Assembly (NCBI GenBank): GCA_024639555.1
Contig: JAHEID010000001.1
Coordinates: 1-47,029 of the forward strand
DNA: 47,029 bases
Direction of reading: 5' to 3'
Origin: Deltaproteobacteria bacterium
GTDB lineage: Bacteria; Desulfobacterota; Desulfobulbia; Desulfobulbales; BM004
In this document: piece by piece, positions 9,121 through 19,059 of the stretch
Position numbering within the stretch: position 1 is the first letter of the stretch
How the letters are laid out: the number at the start of each line of letters is the position of its first letter
Program-made: the position numbers and the translations under genes
The notes under the pieces: generated by a model
Databases searched by the model: none
The model's input: the letters and a program-made list of their open reading frames with translations, nothing else
What the model was told of the DNA's origin: nothing

Positions 9121-10593
9121 TCACTGCACTGTCGTTTCTTTATTGATGCTGGCAGGATTTTCCCGCAGCCCAAGAACAGATTTCCTGAAAACATCACCGC
9201 GTTCAGCATAACTTGAAAACATGTCAAAGCTCGCGCAGGCTGGTGAGAGTAAAACAGCGTCACCGGGCGCAGCAAGACTTGCAGCTCTTAATACCGCTTC
9301 CTGGAGAGTGTCGAGCATCTCAACATTGGTAAATGCCAGAAAGGCGCGGGCCATTGTATCTTTTGCTTCGCCTATAAGCAGTATATGTTTTACTTTTTGC
9401 CGGACAGGCTCAACAAGGATTGAGTAATCTCCTCCCTTGTCCCTGCCGCCGGCAACAAGAATAATTGGTTGCTGCAGGGCTTCAAGAGCAGAGTAAACCG
9501 CCCCGACATTTGTAGCTTTTGAGTCATCGATATAGCTGACCCCACCAATTTCAGTTACCAGCGTCATGCGATGTTCAAGGGGTTCGAAGGAGGCAAGGCC
9601 TTTTTGAATAGCCTGCTGCGGACAGCCCATCAAGCGGGCACCAAGAATTGCTGCTGCTGCATTTTGCAGGTTGGGGGGATTTTTCAAACAGGTGACGGCT
9701 AAGTCATAGGACTCACCATGTATGTTGTTCGGAAGCGTTAATGAGCTGCTGTTTTTTAGATGAATTTTACTACCATGAATTGAAGCGCCGGCAAGATCAG
9801 CAAGATGTTTGCCGAAAAAGAACTTTTGGCATGCAGGCCAAAGATTTCTGCGGTTCATGATCTCAGCATCGTCAGCATTGAGTATTGCGTAATCATCAGG
9901 ACCCTGGGCAGCAAAAATTGTGAATTTGGAATCCACGTATGATGCAAAAGAGGTATATCGTTCCAGGTGATCCGGGGTGATATTCAGCAGGATGGCGGTT
10001 TTGAAAGGCAGGCTATTCTGGGAGCCGCCGGTGTCCAGTTGAAAGCTGCTGACCTCAGCCACTACTATATCAGCATCCTGAGCACCGGAAATATAATCAA
10101 AAAGCGGGGTGCCGATATTGCCGCCGACAAAAACTTTTCGGGAGGCGGCTTTGAAAATGTCCCCCAAGAGGGTGGCTACCGTGGTTTTGCCATTGGTACC
10201 TGTTACTGCAATTACAGGTGTCCGCATGAAATGTGCCGCTACTGCCAGCTCGCCAATGACGGGTATGTTGAGGCGTCTGGCTTCATTCAGAGGTTTAATG
10301 GTAAGAGGGATTCCCGGACTGACAAAAATAAGATCAGCTGAGGTGAAAAGGTCCATAGTGTGCCCATCTGTCTCACAGGCTATATTGTTCTCCCTGAGCC
10401 ATGCAATAAATTCAGGGGATATTGAGCTTTGGGGCGATGATTCTGACACAGAGACTCTGGCACCATGCTGCAGGAAAAACCTGACGGCAGCCTGGCCGGT
10501 TTTTCCCAGGCCAACGACAACAATATGTTGGCCATGCAGTTCAAAGATGGTGTCTGATTTTTTAAGCGTTTTTGTCATGTTAATTACAACCAT
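9121..10593 (-). CDS. murD: UDP-N-acetylmuramoylalanine--D-glutamate ligase MurD
   Basis: VVVGLGKTGQA Rossmann motif and Mur ligase P-loop [14 protein letters not shown]. An alternative ATG exists at 10578. The stop TGA at 9121-9123 lies 1 nt from the murG start. Confidence 0.93.
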   Translation of the reverse strand: MVVINMTKTLKKSDTIFELHGQHIVVVGLGKTGQAAVRFFLQHGARVSVSESSPQSSISPEFIAWLRENNIACETDGHTMDLFTSADLIFVSPGIPLTIKPLNEARRLNIPVIGELAVAAHFMRTPVIAVTGTNGKTTVATLLGDIFKAASRKVFVGGNIGTPLFDYISGAQDADIVVAEVSSFQLDTGGSQNSLPFKTAILLNITPDHLERYTSFASYVDSKFTIFAAQGPDDYAILNADDAEIMNRRNLWPACQKFFFGKHLADLAGASIHGSKIHLKNSSSLTLPNNIHGESYDLAVTCLKNPPNLQNAAAAILGARLMGCPQQAIQKGLASFEPLEHRMTLVTEIGGVSYIDDSKATNVGAVYSALEALQQPIILVAGGRDKGGDYSILVEPVRQKVKHILLIGEAKDTMARAFLAFTNVEMLDTLQEAVLRAASLAAPGDAVLLSPACASFDMFSSYAERGDVFRKSVLGLRENPASINKETTVQ

Positions 10594-10612
10594 TGCCGCA
10601 AAGATCTGAAAT

Positions 10613-11692
10613 TTACCTGAGTTTTAAAGTTGCAAGGGCCAGCAGAGCAAGAATGATGGAAATGATCCAGAAGCGCACCACAACCTTTGGTTCGGCCCAG
10701 CCCTTTTTTTCAAAATGATGGTGAAACGGGGCCATGAGGAATACCCGCTTTCCACCGGAAATCTTGAAAAAGCCCACTTGGATTATGACAGACAGGGCTT
10801 CCATAACAAAAATACCCCCGACAATCGCCAGCAAAATTTCCTGTTTCGTGATGATTGCTATGGTGCCCAGCGTTCCTCCCATGGCCAGTGAACCCACGTC
10901 ACCCATGAACATTTGGGCCGGATAGGCGTTGAACCAGAGAAAACCAAGGGCGCTACCCACGAGTGCACCGCAATAAACAGCAAGTTCCCCCGAACCCGGC
11001 ACAAAAGGTATCTGCAGGTAGTCTGCCAGGACTGCATGTCCGGCCAGGTAAGAAAATACAAGGTAAACTGAGCCGGTGATAATTATTGGTCCAGCAGCCA
11101 GGCCATCCAACCCGTCAGTGAGATTGACGGCATTGGAAGATCCGACAATTACGAACATGGCGAAAATGACATAAAACCAGCCAAGGTCCGGCTTGAGAGC
11201 TTTAAAGAAGGGAACACTCAGATGCCCGTCGAAATTAGGGTGACTGTAGAGAATAGCACCAATGAGCAGGGCGCCGACTACCTGCAGGAGTAGTTTACCC
11301 CGAGCACTCAACCCTTTGCTGTTGTTTATGGTGATTTTTCTAAAATCATCAATGGCGCCGATTAAACCGAACCACAGTGTAACCCCTAATATCACCCAGA
11401 CATAACGGTTGGTAAGGTTGGCCCAGAGCAGGGTGGTGTTGATAATGGTAAAGATGATAAGCATGCCGCCCATGGTGGGAATGCCTTCTTTCTGAAAGTG
11501 GGTTTCCGGGCCGTCGTTTCTGATCACCTGACCAATGTGCAGATTTCTGATGTAGCGGATAAAAGCCGGGGCAACTAAAACAAAGAAAAGAAATGCTGTT
11601 ACTGCGGCTCCAATGGTCCGAAAAGTGATGTAACGGAAAACATTGAAACCTGCAAATAGGGTGTTTAGTGGGTATAGGAGGTGGTATAGCAT
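10613..11692 (-). CDS. mraY: Phospho-N-acetylmuramoyl-pentapeptide transferase MraY
   Basis: Polytopic membrane protein with [13 protein letters not shown] and APFHHHFE motifs. Confidence 0.96.
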   Translation of the reverse strand: MLYHLLYPLNTLFAGFNVFRYITFRTIGAAVTAFLFFVLVAPAFIRYIRNLHIGQVIRNDGPETHFQKEGIPTMGGMLIIFTIINTTLLWANLTNRYVWVILGVTLWFGLIGAIDDFRKITINNSKGLSARGKLLLQVVGALLIGAILYSHPNFDGHLSVPFFKALKPDLGWFYVIFAMFVIVGSSNAVNLTDGLDGLAAGPIIITGSVYLVFSYLAGHAVLADYLQIPFVPGSGELAVYCGALVGSALGFLWFNAYPAQMFMGDVGSLAMGGTLGTIAIITKQEILLAIVGGIFVMEALSVIIQVGFFKISGGKRVFLMAPFHHHFEKKGWAEPKVVVRFWIISIILALLALATLKLR

Positions 11693-11697
11693 GAGTT

Positions 11698-14600
11698 TTA
11701 GTTGCCCGCTGCTTTGAAAGTAGAGTTGTTGTTGCGCAGAAGTTCAAGGACTTCTTCCATGCGCATGCCTCGTGAGCCTTTAACAAGAAACCAATCACCG
11801 GACTCGATCTTGCCCTCCTGCACTAATTTCTGCAGCCAGAAGGCCAGATCTTTTTTGCTGCTGAATCCTTTGGCCGCAGCCGGGTCCATGCCGGCATTTC
11901 TTGCACTTATGACCATATTTTCTGCCTGGCTGCCGAAAGCGGCTAGAAAGTCGATGCCAAGCCTTTTCACTGTGCGGCCCAAAGCTGCGTGAGCATCATC
12001 AGTTTTAGTGCCTAACTCCAGCATGTCGCCCAGAACAGCCACAGTCCGGTGGGTTTTTTTCAGGTCCAACAGGGTGTTGAGGGCAGCCTGCATTGATGCG
12101 GGATTGGCATTATAACAGTCGTTAAGAACCCTTACGCCTGAAGGCAGTTCCTCAACGCGGGTCCGCTTGTCATAAGGTCTGAAAGCAGCAAGCCCACTGG
12201 TAATTTCATCGATGCCGATGCCGGCTCCATGGGCCATGGCAGCTGCAGCAAGACTGTTTGTCACATTGTGCTTACCCAGACCTTGAATTGTGACCTGTCG
12301 GGTTTCATTATCTATATGGAGGCTAAATTCCATACCGCTTTCACCCAGGCTTTTTATTTTTGTAGCGCGAACAAGTGCATCCGGATGGCAGCCAAAGGTG
12401 ATTTTCTCCTGTCCTAATGTTTCAGCCAGAGAACTGACAATCTCGTCATCCAGGTTGACAGCAACCTTGCCGTCTGGTTTGAGGCCTGCGAAAAGTTCGC
12501 TTTTGGCTCTTGCTACACCCCAGATATCGCCAAGACCTTCCAGGTGCGCCTCTTGAACGTTGATGATGCAGGCAACGTCCGGGTCTGCGATTTCGGTCAA
12601 AGTCGCAATCTCACCTTGCCTGTTCATGCCCATTTCCAACACAGCTATTTCGTGCTCCGGTTTTAGTCCCAAAAGGGTTAAGGGCAGACCGATCAGGTTG
12701 TTGAAATTGCCTTCGGTTTTTAAAATGGCATGACTTTGACTGAGAATAGCCCCGGCCATTTCTTTGACTGTGGTTTTACCGGAACTGCCGGTTATGGCAA
12801 GGACCCGCAAATTTTTATTCCAGCGGCGCAAACTGCCGGCGAGTTGACCGAGAGCAACAACGGTATCGGGCACCAGCAGGACAGGGACGGTCTGGTGAAA
12901 ATCCAGATCAGATTGCTTCCGGCCAGGGATGTGATTAATGAGAAGTCCGGTTGCTCCTTTTTGTATTGCTTTTCCGCTAAACCTTCTGCCATCAAAGTTT
13001 TCACCTTTCAGGGCAACAAAGAGATCGCCGGCTTGTATTGTCCGGGTATCGGTAGAAATGTTGTTGAAGGTTACAGATTTTTCAAGGGGAAAGAGAAGCT
13101 GTCCGCCGGTGATCTGTTGCACCCATTCAAGTTTCCAGGCTGGGGGTGAACCGGACTTTGCCTGCAGTTGCATTTCAGCCTCAACCCGATCATCGAAGAA
13201 AATTTTTCCTTTTCTGCTGATCTGGTAATTTTCATGCCCTTTGCCGCTGATAAGGATGACATCATCCGGATTTGCAAATCTGATAGCTGTACTGATTGCC
13301 ACGTGCCGGTTCACCAGGGTGTCATATCCTTTCCCCTCTTGCTCCATGAGAGTTTTTGGCCCTGAAACCTTTTTAAGCCCACCCCTGGAAAGTCCCTCTT
13401 CAATCTGTGCCAGTATCATATCGGGAGATTCAGAACGGGGATTGTCGGAGGTTGCCAGCACCACATCACATAGTTTGCCTGCAATTTCACCCATAAGAAC
13501 CCTTTTCCCGCGGTCACGGTCGCCGCCACAGCCAAAAACACAGACCAGCCGTATGGGTTTGAGTTTCCGCAGGGCAGTCAATACATTTTTAAGGGCATCC
13601 GGGGTATGGGCGTAATCCACAAAAACTGCAGGGCAGGGTGCGATTGTATTTTCCAGCCCAACCCTTTCGAGTCTGCCTGGAATAGTTTTTACATCTTCCA
13701 GACCATTTTTCATGCAGCCCGGCTTTTCACCATGAGCTACACCGATACCGATGGCGCAGAGTATATTTCGCAGGTTGAATTCCCCAACCAGAGGAGTTGT
13801 AAGTGACATGGTCCCGGTAGGAGTTGTGACTTCAGAAGTAATGCCGCTGATGTCTATGGTGAAATTTTGCGGGTGTATATCACAGTCGCTGCTCATGCCA
13901 CATGTTATCATTGGAGGAGAATCTTCTCTGGCCTGAAACAGAGACTTCAGCTCCTCGTGCATCTGTTTACTCCAGTTATTGTTTTCACAGGATGCAGTTC
14001 TGTCGTCCTTTGCCTGGCCTGCTGCAACTTCAAGTACGATGACGATCCGGCCCCCGGGCTTTAAATAATTGGTGAAAAGCAGTTTTTTGCTCGTGAAATA
14101 ATGATGCATGTCAGTGTGAAAATCCAGGTGGTCCCTGCTTAAATTGGTAAACACACCTATATCAAATTCCATTCCCGTAAGTCTTGACTGGGCCAGGGCA
14201 TGTGATGATACTTCCATTACCACATCCGTGATATCCTCGTCAGCCATTGTACGCAGCAATGCAAAGAGGGTAGGTGATTCCGGTGTTGTAAAAGGGGCCT
14301 CCATTTCAATGTGCTTGTTGTTTTTGTCGTTATAGCGATAATTGACGGTACCTATTACTCCTGGGCGCCTGCCGCAGGCCTTTAACAGGGACTCAACCAG
14401 AAAAGTTGTTGTTGTTTTGCCGTTGGTTCCTGTCACCCCGATCACAGTGAGTTGCCGGTCAGGATGATCATAGTAGTTTGCCGCCACATATCCCAGGGCA
14501 GTTTTAGTGTCAGGGACCTCCACTATTGCGACCCGGGGCCAATCCTGTGCGTCCGCTACATATTCCTGCCAACCTTGGTTTACCAACAGGGCGGAGCAAC

Positions 14601-14799
14601 CTGCAGCAACTGCCTGGTTCAGATAGTTGTGCCCATCAACAGAAAGACCTTTAAGGGCGGCAAACATGTTTCCAGCCTGCACCTTCCTGGAATCTGAACA
14701 GAGACCGGTAATTTCAGTTTTTTCTATCTCCCCGGTAATGTTGTATTCAACCCCTTCAAGTAAGAGTTCGAGTTGTTTTGCTGTTGTAATTGCCGACAT
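11698..14799 (-). CDS. murEF: Fused MurE (meso-DAP-adding) :: MurF (D-Ala-D-Ala-adding) Mur ligases
   Basis: A single uninterrupted 1033-aa ORF with two complete Mur-ligase units. The first P-loop is [14 protein letters not shown] and this unit carries the MurE-type DNPR motif (TSDNPRSE). The second P-loop is [13 protein letters not shown] with MurF-like ends. The junction is near aa 545-555 (about nt 13150). Confidence 0.9.
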   Translation of the reverse strand: MSAITTAKQLELLLEGVEYNITGEIEKTEITGLCSDSRKVQAGNMFAALKGLSVDGHNYLNQAVAAGCSALLVNQGWQEYVADAQDWPRVAIVEVPDTKTALGYVAANYYDHPDRQLTVIGVTGTNGKTTTTFLVESLLKACGRRPGVIGTVNYRYNDKNNKHIEMEAPFTTPESPTLFALLRTMADEDITDVVMEVSSHALAQSRLTGMEFDIGVFTNLSRDHLDFHTDMHHYFTSKKLLFTNYLKPGGRIVIVLEVAAGQAKDDRTASCENNNWSKQMHEELKSLFQAREDSPPMITCGMSSDCDIHPQNFTIDISGITSEVTTPTGTMSLTTPLVGEFNLRNILCAIGIGVAHGEKPGCMKNGLEDVKTIPGRLERVGLENTIAPCPAVFVDYAHTPDALKNVLTALRKLKPIRLVCVFGCGGDRDRGKRVLMGEIAGKLCDVVLATSDNPRSESPDMILAQIEEGLSRGGLKKVSGPKTLMEQEGKGYDTLVNRHVAISTAIRFANPDDVILISGKGHENYQISRKGKIFFDDRVEAEMQLQAKSGSPPAWKLEWVQQITGGQLLFPLEKSVTFNNISTDTRTIQAGDLFVALKGENFDGRRFSGKAIQKGATGLLINHIPGRKQSDLDFHQTVPVLLVPDTVVALGQLAGSLRRWNKNLRVLAITGSSGKTTVKEMAGAILSQSHAILKTEGNFNNLIGLPLTLLGLKPEHEIAVLEMGMNRQGEIATLTEIADPDVACIINVQEAHLEGLGDIWGVARAKSELFAGLKPDGKVAVNLDDEIVSSLAETLGQEKITFGCHPDALVRATKIKSLGESGMEFSLHIDNETRQVTIQGLGKHNVTNSLAAAAMAHGAGIGIDEITSGLAAFRPYDKRTRVEELPSGVRVLNDCYNANPASMQAALNTLLDLKKTHRTVAVLGDMLELGTKTDDAHAALGRTVKRLGIDFLAAFGSQAENMVISARNAGMDPAAAKGFSSKKDLAFWLQKLVQEGKIESGDWFLVKGSRGMRMEEVLELLRNNNSTFKAAGN

Positions 14800-14842
14800 T
14801 AATATGATCCAAAAAACAGGCTGTTATTTATCTTTGCGTTGC

Positions 14843-16861
14843 TCATATCTCCTGCTGCATTTTCAGAATACATTCAGTACCGTTTATAAGTTCGGTGCCG
14901 GCGGCAGGATGTTGTGAAATTATTCTGCCTTTGCCGACAAGCTTAATTACCAGGTTGTAATGCTGAAGCACCTGCAGACCTGCCCGCAGGCTTTTCCCGG
15001 TGACGTCGGGCATATTTTTTTTGCTCTCGGTCGTTGCAGTAAGATTCTTTTTTTCAGACGCAAGAGAATCACTGTTTTTCGGTGATGCAGTCCCGCCGTT
15101 GGTCCAGAAATCCGGAGAAGGCACAAGGTGGGCCTGATCTGTCACATAGAGCATTTTTTGAATCATATCTTTGTCCGGGCTCAGCACAGAGAATTTGTTT
15201 CCAAAGGTTTTCAGCGCATCCGGATAGGCCGTATCATAATTTTCCGGATAGGAAAGTTGGGCGATCATGGTCAGTCTGGGATCTCTGCCGGGAATGGCCC
15301 CCAGCATTATACTTTGCCTGATGCGGGGACTTTGTTCGATCAGCGCGACTGTATCAGGTTTCGCCTTTGCCTGTCCAGAATTCTCAGGGGTTGCAGCTAA
15401 CCGGTGGGCTTCAAAAAACATCGGTACTTGTGAGATTTTGCCTCTACTGTGGATTTTCAACCATTTGGCCGCAAGGAAATCTGTTAAGTCCTCGCTGGTG
15501 TCAGGATGCAGTGCAGCAGTTTGTACAGCTTCAGTCAGGGTTGATTCCACCGGTGTGGGTTTTTCCTTTGGGTACGCCTTGTTGAGCAGATGCGGGGAAA
15601 CGATCTTGCCATTATTCACAAGTGCCGTGAAACCGGTGAGAAGGCGTAGGGCGGAGGTGTGAAAAGCTGGATCGGTTAGGGCAAGAGATGAAGCAACGGT
15701 AGCCTCATCTTTGAGAGGTATATCTGTCAATGGTTCTTGGTTAAAACCCAAAAGTTGGGCAAAGTGGACAAGATACTCAGGATCAACATTGTCAACGGGT
15801 GGCGCAACGGATAATCCTTTTCTTTTAAGTATTTCCGGCTTAATGACGCGCAAAGGCTCTGTTTCATCCATGTTGCCAAGGGTTTGCGATTTTCTTTCAT
15901 TATTGAAATTTATTGCCGCAGCCTGCTGGAAAATTAGAGCAAGTTCGCCGGGATATAGTGGTTCGGTAACAACATTGTTATTGAGAGCAGAGCTGGAAAA
16001 CTCCCAATAACGATTGGGATTAAAAGTAGGATAACTGGCCATGGCAAGTATACCGCCGGTATTGGCATCCATGAGGAGAACAGCACCGCTTTCAGCCCCG
16101 GTAATCTTGACCCTTTTTTCCAGAAAGCGTTCAATTTTGGACTGAAGCATCAGGTCAAGGTTGAGCACCAGATGGGTACCGGTCCGGCTAAGTTCTGATG
16201 CAGAACTGAAGTGCAGGGCGACCAGTTCTGCACTGTTTATCTCATCTCCCCGCAGGAGCGTATTGTATTGGAATTCTATCCCGTCGAGCCCCTGATCATT
16301 CTCGACAAAGCCTACTGCATGCGCAGCTGTTTCATAATTGGGATAGAAGCGTTTTGTCTCAACAACCGGGTAAATGCCTTTTATATTGCGTTCTTTTATG
16401 TTATCTGCCAGGCGTTGATCAATTCCCTTGGCAATCCAGACAAATCCCCGTTCACTTTTTAAGTTTGCTGAAAGCTTGTTTTGCCCTAACCCCAGGATTT
16501 CTTCCAGCAGGATGGCAGAAGCAGCCGGGTCTTCCATTTCAAGGGGGCGGGCGTATATGGCATAGGTCTCATAGGTGGCTGCCAGGCGTCTGAAATTGCG
16601 ATCGTAAATGTCGCCTCTGGGTGAGGCTGCTTGAATCGATGCCAGGGCTTTGCCAGGCTTGTTTTGCTTGAGCCAGGTGAGGACTTCTGAGATGACATAA
16701 AGTTTCTCTTTATGAAACAAGAAGGCCCCGGATCCTAAAATCAGGATAAGGGCCAGAAGAAGAAACACCTTCTTCTTTTTTATATTTAAGAGCGACTTTC
16801 GTCGTCTCTGAAATTGTTTTTTAGCGTGATCAGTCATGTAGCATTCCAAACTCCCATGCAT
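14843..16861 (-). CDS. Class B penicillin-binding protein at the ftsI position, with apparently degenerate transpeptidase motifs and a C-terminal PASTA domain
   Basis: N-terminal TM segment, then bPBP pedestal motifs (RGDIYDRN, AAHAVGFVENDQGLDGIEFQYN, LLMDANTGGILAMASYPTFNPN). YPGELALI sits where the SxxK motif is expected, and GKIS where KTG is expected. The C-terminal segment MPDVTGKSLRAGLQVL...HPAAGTELINGTECIL is PASTA-like. An alternative ATG exists at 16837. Confidence 0.8.
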   Translation of the reverse strand: MHGSLECYMTDHAKKQFQRRRKSLLNIKKKKVFLLLALILILGSGAFLFHKEKLYVISEVLTWLKQNKPGKALASIQAASPRGDIYDRNFRRLAATYETYAIYARPLEMEDPAASAILLEEILGLGQNKLSANLKSERGFVWIAKGIDQRLADNIKERNIKGIYPVVETKRFYPNYETAAHAVGFVENDQGLDGIEFQYNTLLRGDEINSAELVALHFSSASELSRTGTHLVLNLDLMLQSKIERFLEKRVKITGAESGAVLLMDANTGGILAMASYPTFNPNRYWEFSSSALNNNVVTEPLYPGELALIFQQAAAINFNNERKSQTLGNMDETEPLRVIKPEILKRKGLSVAPPVDNVDPEYLVHFAQLLGFNQEPLTDIPLKDEATVASSLALTDPAFHTSALRLLTGFTALVNNGKIVSPHLLNKAYPKEKPTPVESTLTEAVQTAALHPDTSEDLTDFLAAKWLKIHSRGKISQVPMFFEAHRLAATPENSGQAKAKPDTVALIEQSPRIRQSIMLGAIPGRDPRLTMIAQLSYPENYDTAYPDALKTFGNKFSVLSPDKDMIQKMLYVTDQAHLVPSPDFWTNGGTASPKNSDSLASEKKNLTATTESKKNMPDVTGKSLRAGLQVLQHYNLVIKLVGKGRIISQHPAAGTELINGTECILKMQQEI

Positions 16862-16937
16862 TGCTGCAAATATTTGTATTCTTATATAAATGAATTATAT
16901 CTCTATCTCCGGTGAATCGGTCAATGTATTGCTCCCT

Positions 16938-17306
16938 TTATGGATAACGGATTTGGTTTGTCGCAGGGGACTGTAAACCAAGTTTTTGAGTTGCAGTCTC
17001 CATGTGGTTCTGGCTCAGCATCAGGTCACGTTGCACAATCAGCAGTCTCTTTTCTTTAAGCAATTGATTGTTGGTAGATCTGTTGTTGCCGATTTGATCC
17101 AGGGCAACTTGAACCTGCAGGCCGTACCAGATAGTTGAACTGATGCCGATTATGACGGTTAGCAGAAGCATGGCACCAAGAGTTTTCCACATAAGTTTGG
17201 ATGCATGAAAAAGATCAGTGGAGGCAGCGGAAGACTTTTTCCGCGAATTTTTTATTTTGTTCCTGCCGTTTGCCAAGATAAAACCGCCGGAATAATCCTT
17301 GATCAT
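16938..17306 (-). CDS. ftsL: FtsL-like cell division protein
   Basis: 122 aa with a basic N-terminus, one TM segment (LGAMLLLTVIIGISSTIWYGL) and a short coiled-coil-like tail. The canonical slot between rsmH and ftsI supports the call. Confidence 0.75.
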   Translation of the reverse strand: MIKDYSGGFILANGRNKIKNSRKKSSAASTDLFHASKLMWKTLGAMLLLTVIIGISSTIWYGLQVQVALDQIGNNRSTNNQLLKEKRLLIVQRDLMLSQNHMETATQKLGLQSPATNQIRYP

Positions 17307-17325
17307 TTTGAGTTCCTCCTCTTTC

Positions 17326-18285
17326 TCAACCTTTCATATATGCTGCCCGAAGCTTTGCGCTTCTGGATCGTGGATTCATCCTGATCTCTTCTGCGCACGG
17401 AATTACAGGTTTTTTCGTTAATACATGCAGTTCAGGGTTGTCTTTGAATTTCCATTTTACCAACCTGTCTTCCAGGGAGTGGAAGGCAATGATGCATATC
17501 CTGCCGCCGGGTTTAAGAATTTTTGCTATGGTATCCAGTACAACAGTCAGGTTATCGAGTTCTTTATTAACGGCAATTCGCAGGGCTTGGAAAACCTTTG
17601 TTGCCGCATGAATTTTCCGGGGTTGAAATTTTCTTGGAACTGCACCGGTAACAATGCGGGCAAGATGCGAGGTCGTTGTTATCCTGTTTTGGGCCCTTTC
17701 AGCAACTATATGTGCAGCTATGCGCCGGGCCTGCCTTTCGTCACCGTAGTAATAAAAAATATCTGCAAGGTCTTCCCGGTCCAAATCGTTTATTATTTCT
17801 TCGGCGCTGGGGTGTGAACGCTTATCCATGCGCATATCGAGCGGTCCGTTCAACTGGTAGCTGAAACCTCTTTCTCCAGAGTCAAACTGTAATGAGGAAA
17901 CACCAAGATCCAATAATATTCCATCCACTTTGTGAATCCCCATTTCTGTTAGTCCAGCCATAATTTCAGCGTAGTTCCGATACTGAGCGTGAAATCTTTC
18001 CCCAAAAGGAGCGAGTCTTTTCCTGGCCAGTTCCAAGGCACTTGCATCACACTCAAAACCAATGACACGGCCTGAGGGCCCGCAAGACTGCAAAATTTTT
18101 TCAGTATGCCCACCAAGGCCAAGAGTGCCGTCAATATATATCCCTCCATCAACCGGTGCCAGGAAGCGGATTACTTCTTCGAGAAGAACAGGGGTGTGGA
18201 TTTTAGGGGAAGAATCCGGGTTTGAGGGTTGAACCATGGAGGAGCAAGGCTTTTTGGTATTAAGATTGTTCCTTGCATTCGTCAC
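17326..18285 (-). CDS. rsmH: 16S rRNA m4C1402 methyltransferase RsmH (MraW)
   Basis: HTPVLLEEV, DGTLGLGGH and DLGVSSLQFD motifs. A GTG start at 18285 is preceded by cgggga, and an alternative ATG exists at 18237. Confidence 0.93.
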   Translation of the reverse strand: MTNARNNLNTKKPCSSMVQPSNPDSSPKIHTPVLLEEVIRFLAPVDGGIYIDGTLGLGGHTEKILQSCGPSGRVIGFECDASALELARKRLAPFGERFHAQYRNYAEIMAGLTEMGIHKVDGILLDLGVSSLQFDSGERGFSYQLNGPLDMRMDKRSHPSAEEIINDLDREDLADIFYYYGDERQARRIAAHIVAERAQNRITTTSHLARIVTGAVPRKFQPRKIHAATKVFQALRIAVNKELDNLTVVLDTIAKILKPGGRICIIAFHSLEDRLVKWKFKDNPELHVLTKKPVIPCAEEIRMNPRSRSAKLRAAYMKG

Positions 18286-18296
18286 GGCATCCCCGA

Positions 18297-18776
18297 TTAA
18301 AGTATGCCCAGAGCGGATAAGCTTTGTTCGAAATCGCTGAATTTGTCTCTGGTCATCTTTCTTTCCTTTTCCCAGGCGCTTTTATCCCAGATTTCGAAGT
18401 GGTCGAGCATACCGTTCAGCACCACATCCTTTTTCAAGTCAAAATCCGTCCGCAGGGTAGGCGGCAGAAGGATTCTGCCTTGTTTGTCCAGAGTACATTC
18501 GCTCACACCGGAAATAACATAGCGCTTGAAAGAATCCATGCCGGGCTTTTTTTTCCCCTGCACAAGCAGTGTTGTTTCAATGCGTTCCCAGACTTTGACA
18601 GGAAAAGCTTTCAAGCACATGTGCCAGTTTGTGACCATCAACCGTTCATTCTTCTGGTCCTGGATCACATCACGAAACCTGCTTGGAATATTAAGCCTTC
18701 CCTTCACGTCCAGGGTGTGTTCCGAACGGCTGCGAAACCTGCTTTTTGATGCGTTGCTGCTGTCTGTTTTTGGCAC
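18297..18776 (-). CDS. mraZ: Transcriptional regulator MraZ
   Basis: Two SpoVT/AbrB-like halves (LDVKGRLNIPSRFR and LDKQGRILLPPTLR). It is the first gene of the dcw operon. GTG start, with a roughly 13-aa N-terminal extension relative to typical MraZ. Confidence 0.9.
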   Translation of the reverse strand: MPKTDSSNASKSRFRSRSEHTLDVKGRLNIPSRFRDVIQDQKNERLMVTNWHMCLKAFPVKVWERIETTLLVQGKKKPGMDSFKRYVISGVSECTLDKQGRILLPPTLRTDFDLKKDVVLNGMLDHFEIWDKSAWEKERKMTRDKFSDFEQSLSALGIL

Positions 18777-18782
18777 GGAGCC

Positions 18783-18817
18783 ACCCCTTTTTCCCCTTTT
18801 TTCCCACTTTGCACCAC
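18783..18817 (-). promoter_or_regulatory. Candidate MraZ operator: four G-rich pentamers at exact 10-nt spacing
   Basis: The minus strand reads GTGGT-gcaaa-GTGGG-aaaaa-AGGGG-aaaaa-GGGGT immediately upstream of the mraZ start and downstream of the -10. This resembles the TGGGN direct repeats with 5-nt spacers reported for E. coli MraZ. The last box overlaps the likely RBS. Confidence 0.5.
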
Positions 18818-18827
18818 TAGGGGTTCT

Positions 18828-18855
18828 TTTATAGGATAGATTGGGCCAATGTCAA
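18828..18855 (-). promoter_or_regulatory. Sigma70-type dcw promoter (Pmra-like)
   Basis: The minus strand reads TTGACA (18850-18855), a 16-nt spacer, then TATAAA (18828-18833), about 50 nt upstream of the mraZ start. Confidence 0.6.
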
Positions 18856-19059
18856 GTAAAAATTATTGAAAATTTAACTGGTCGCAGGGAAGGAATCGCA
18901 AAGTTTGGCCGCACAAAAGGCATTGTACACCATATGTTGTATAGCCTGGTTGCAGGTAGCACAACATACGGGAACAGTAGGGCTGAAAAATATTTTATTG
19001 CTGGAAACGGAAATGAGGAAATATAGTTGCGGCGCAATATGAAAGGTTAAGGGATAATT

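Noticed and set aside
9120-9275. 52-aa N-terminal extension of the murG ORF in the ORF track
   Set aside because: It overlaps the murD 3' end and precedes the conserved MurG start ([13 protein letters not shown]). An ATG at 9119 abuts the murD stop, so the extension is not a remnant of ftsW.
11349-11798. 149-aa minus-strand ORF spanning the murF-mraY junction
   Set aside because: It is out of frame with, and overlaps, two strongly supported genes. Its composition is His/Pro/Cys-rich noise.
18841-19037. Two overlapping 61-aa ORFs on opposite strands upstream of mraZ
   Set aside because: They lie in the promoter region of the dcw operon, have no RBS or motifs, and overlap each other. They are most likely non-coding.
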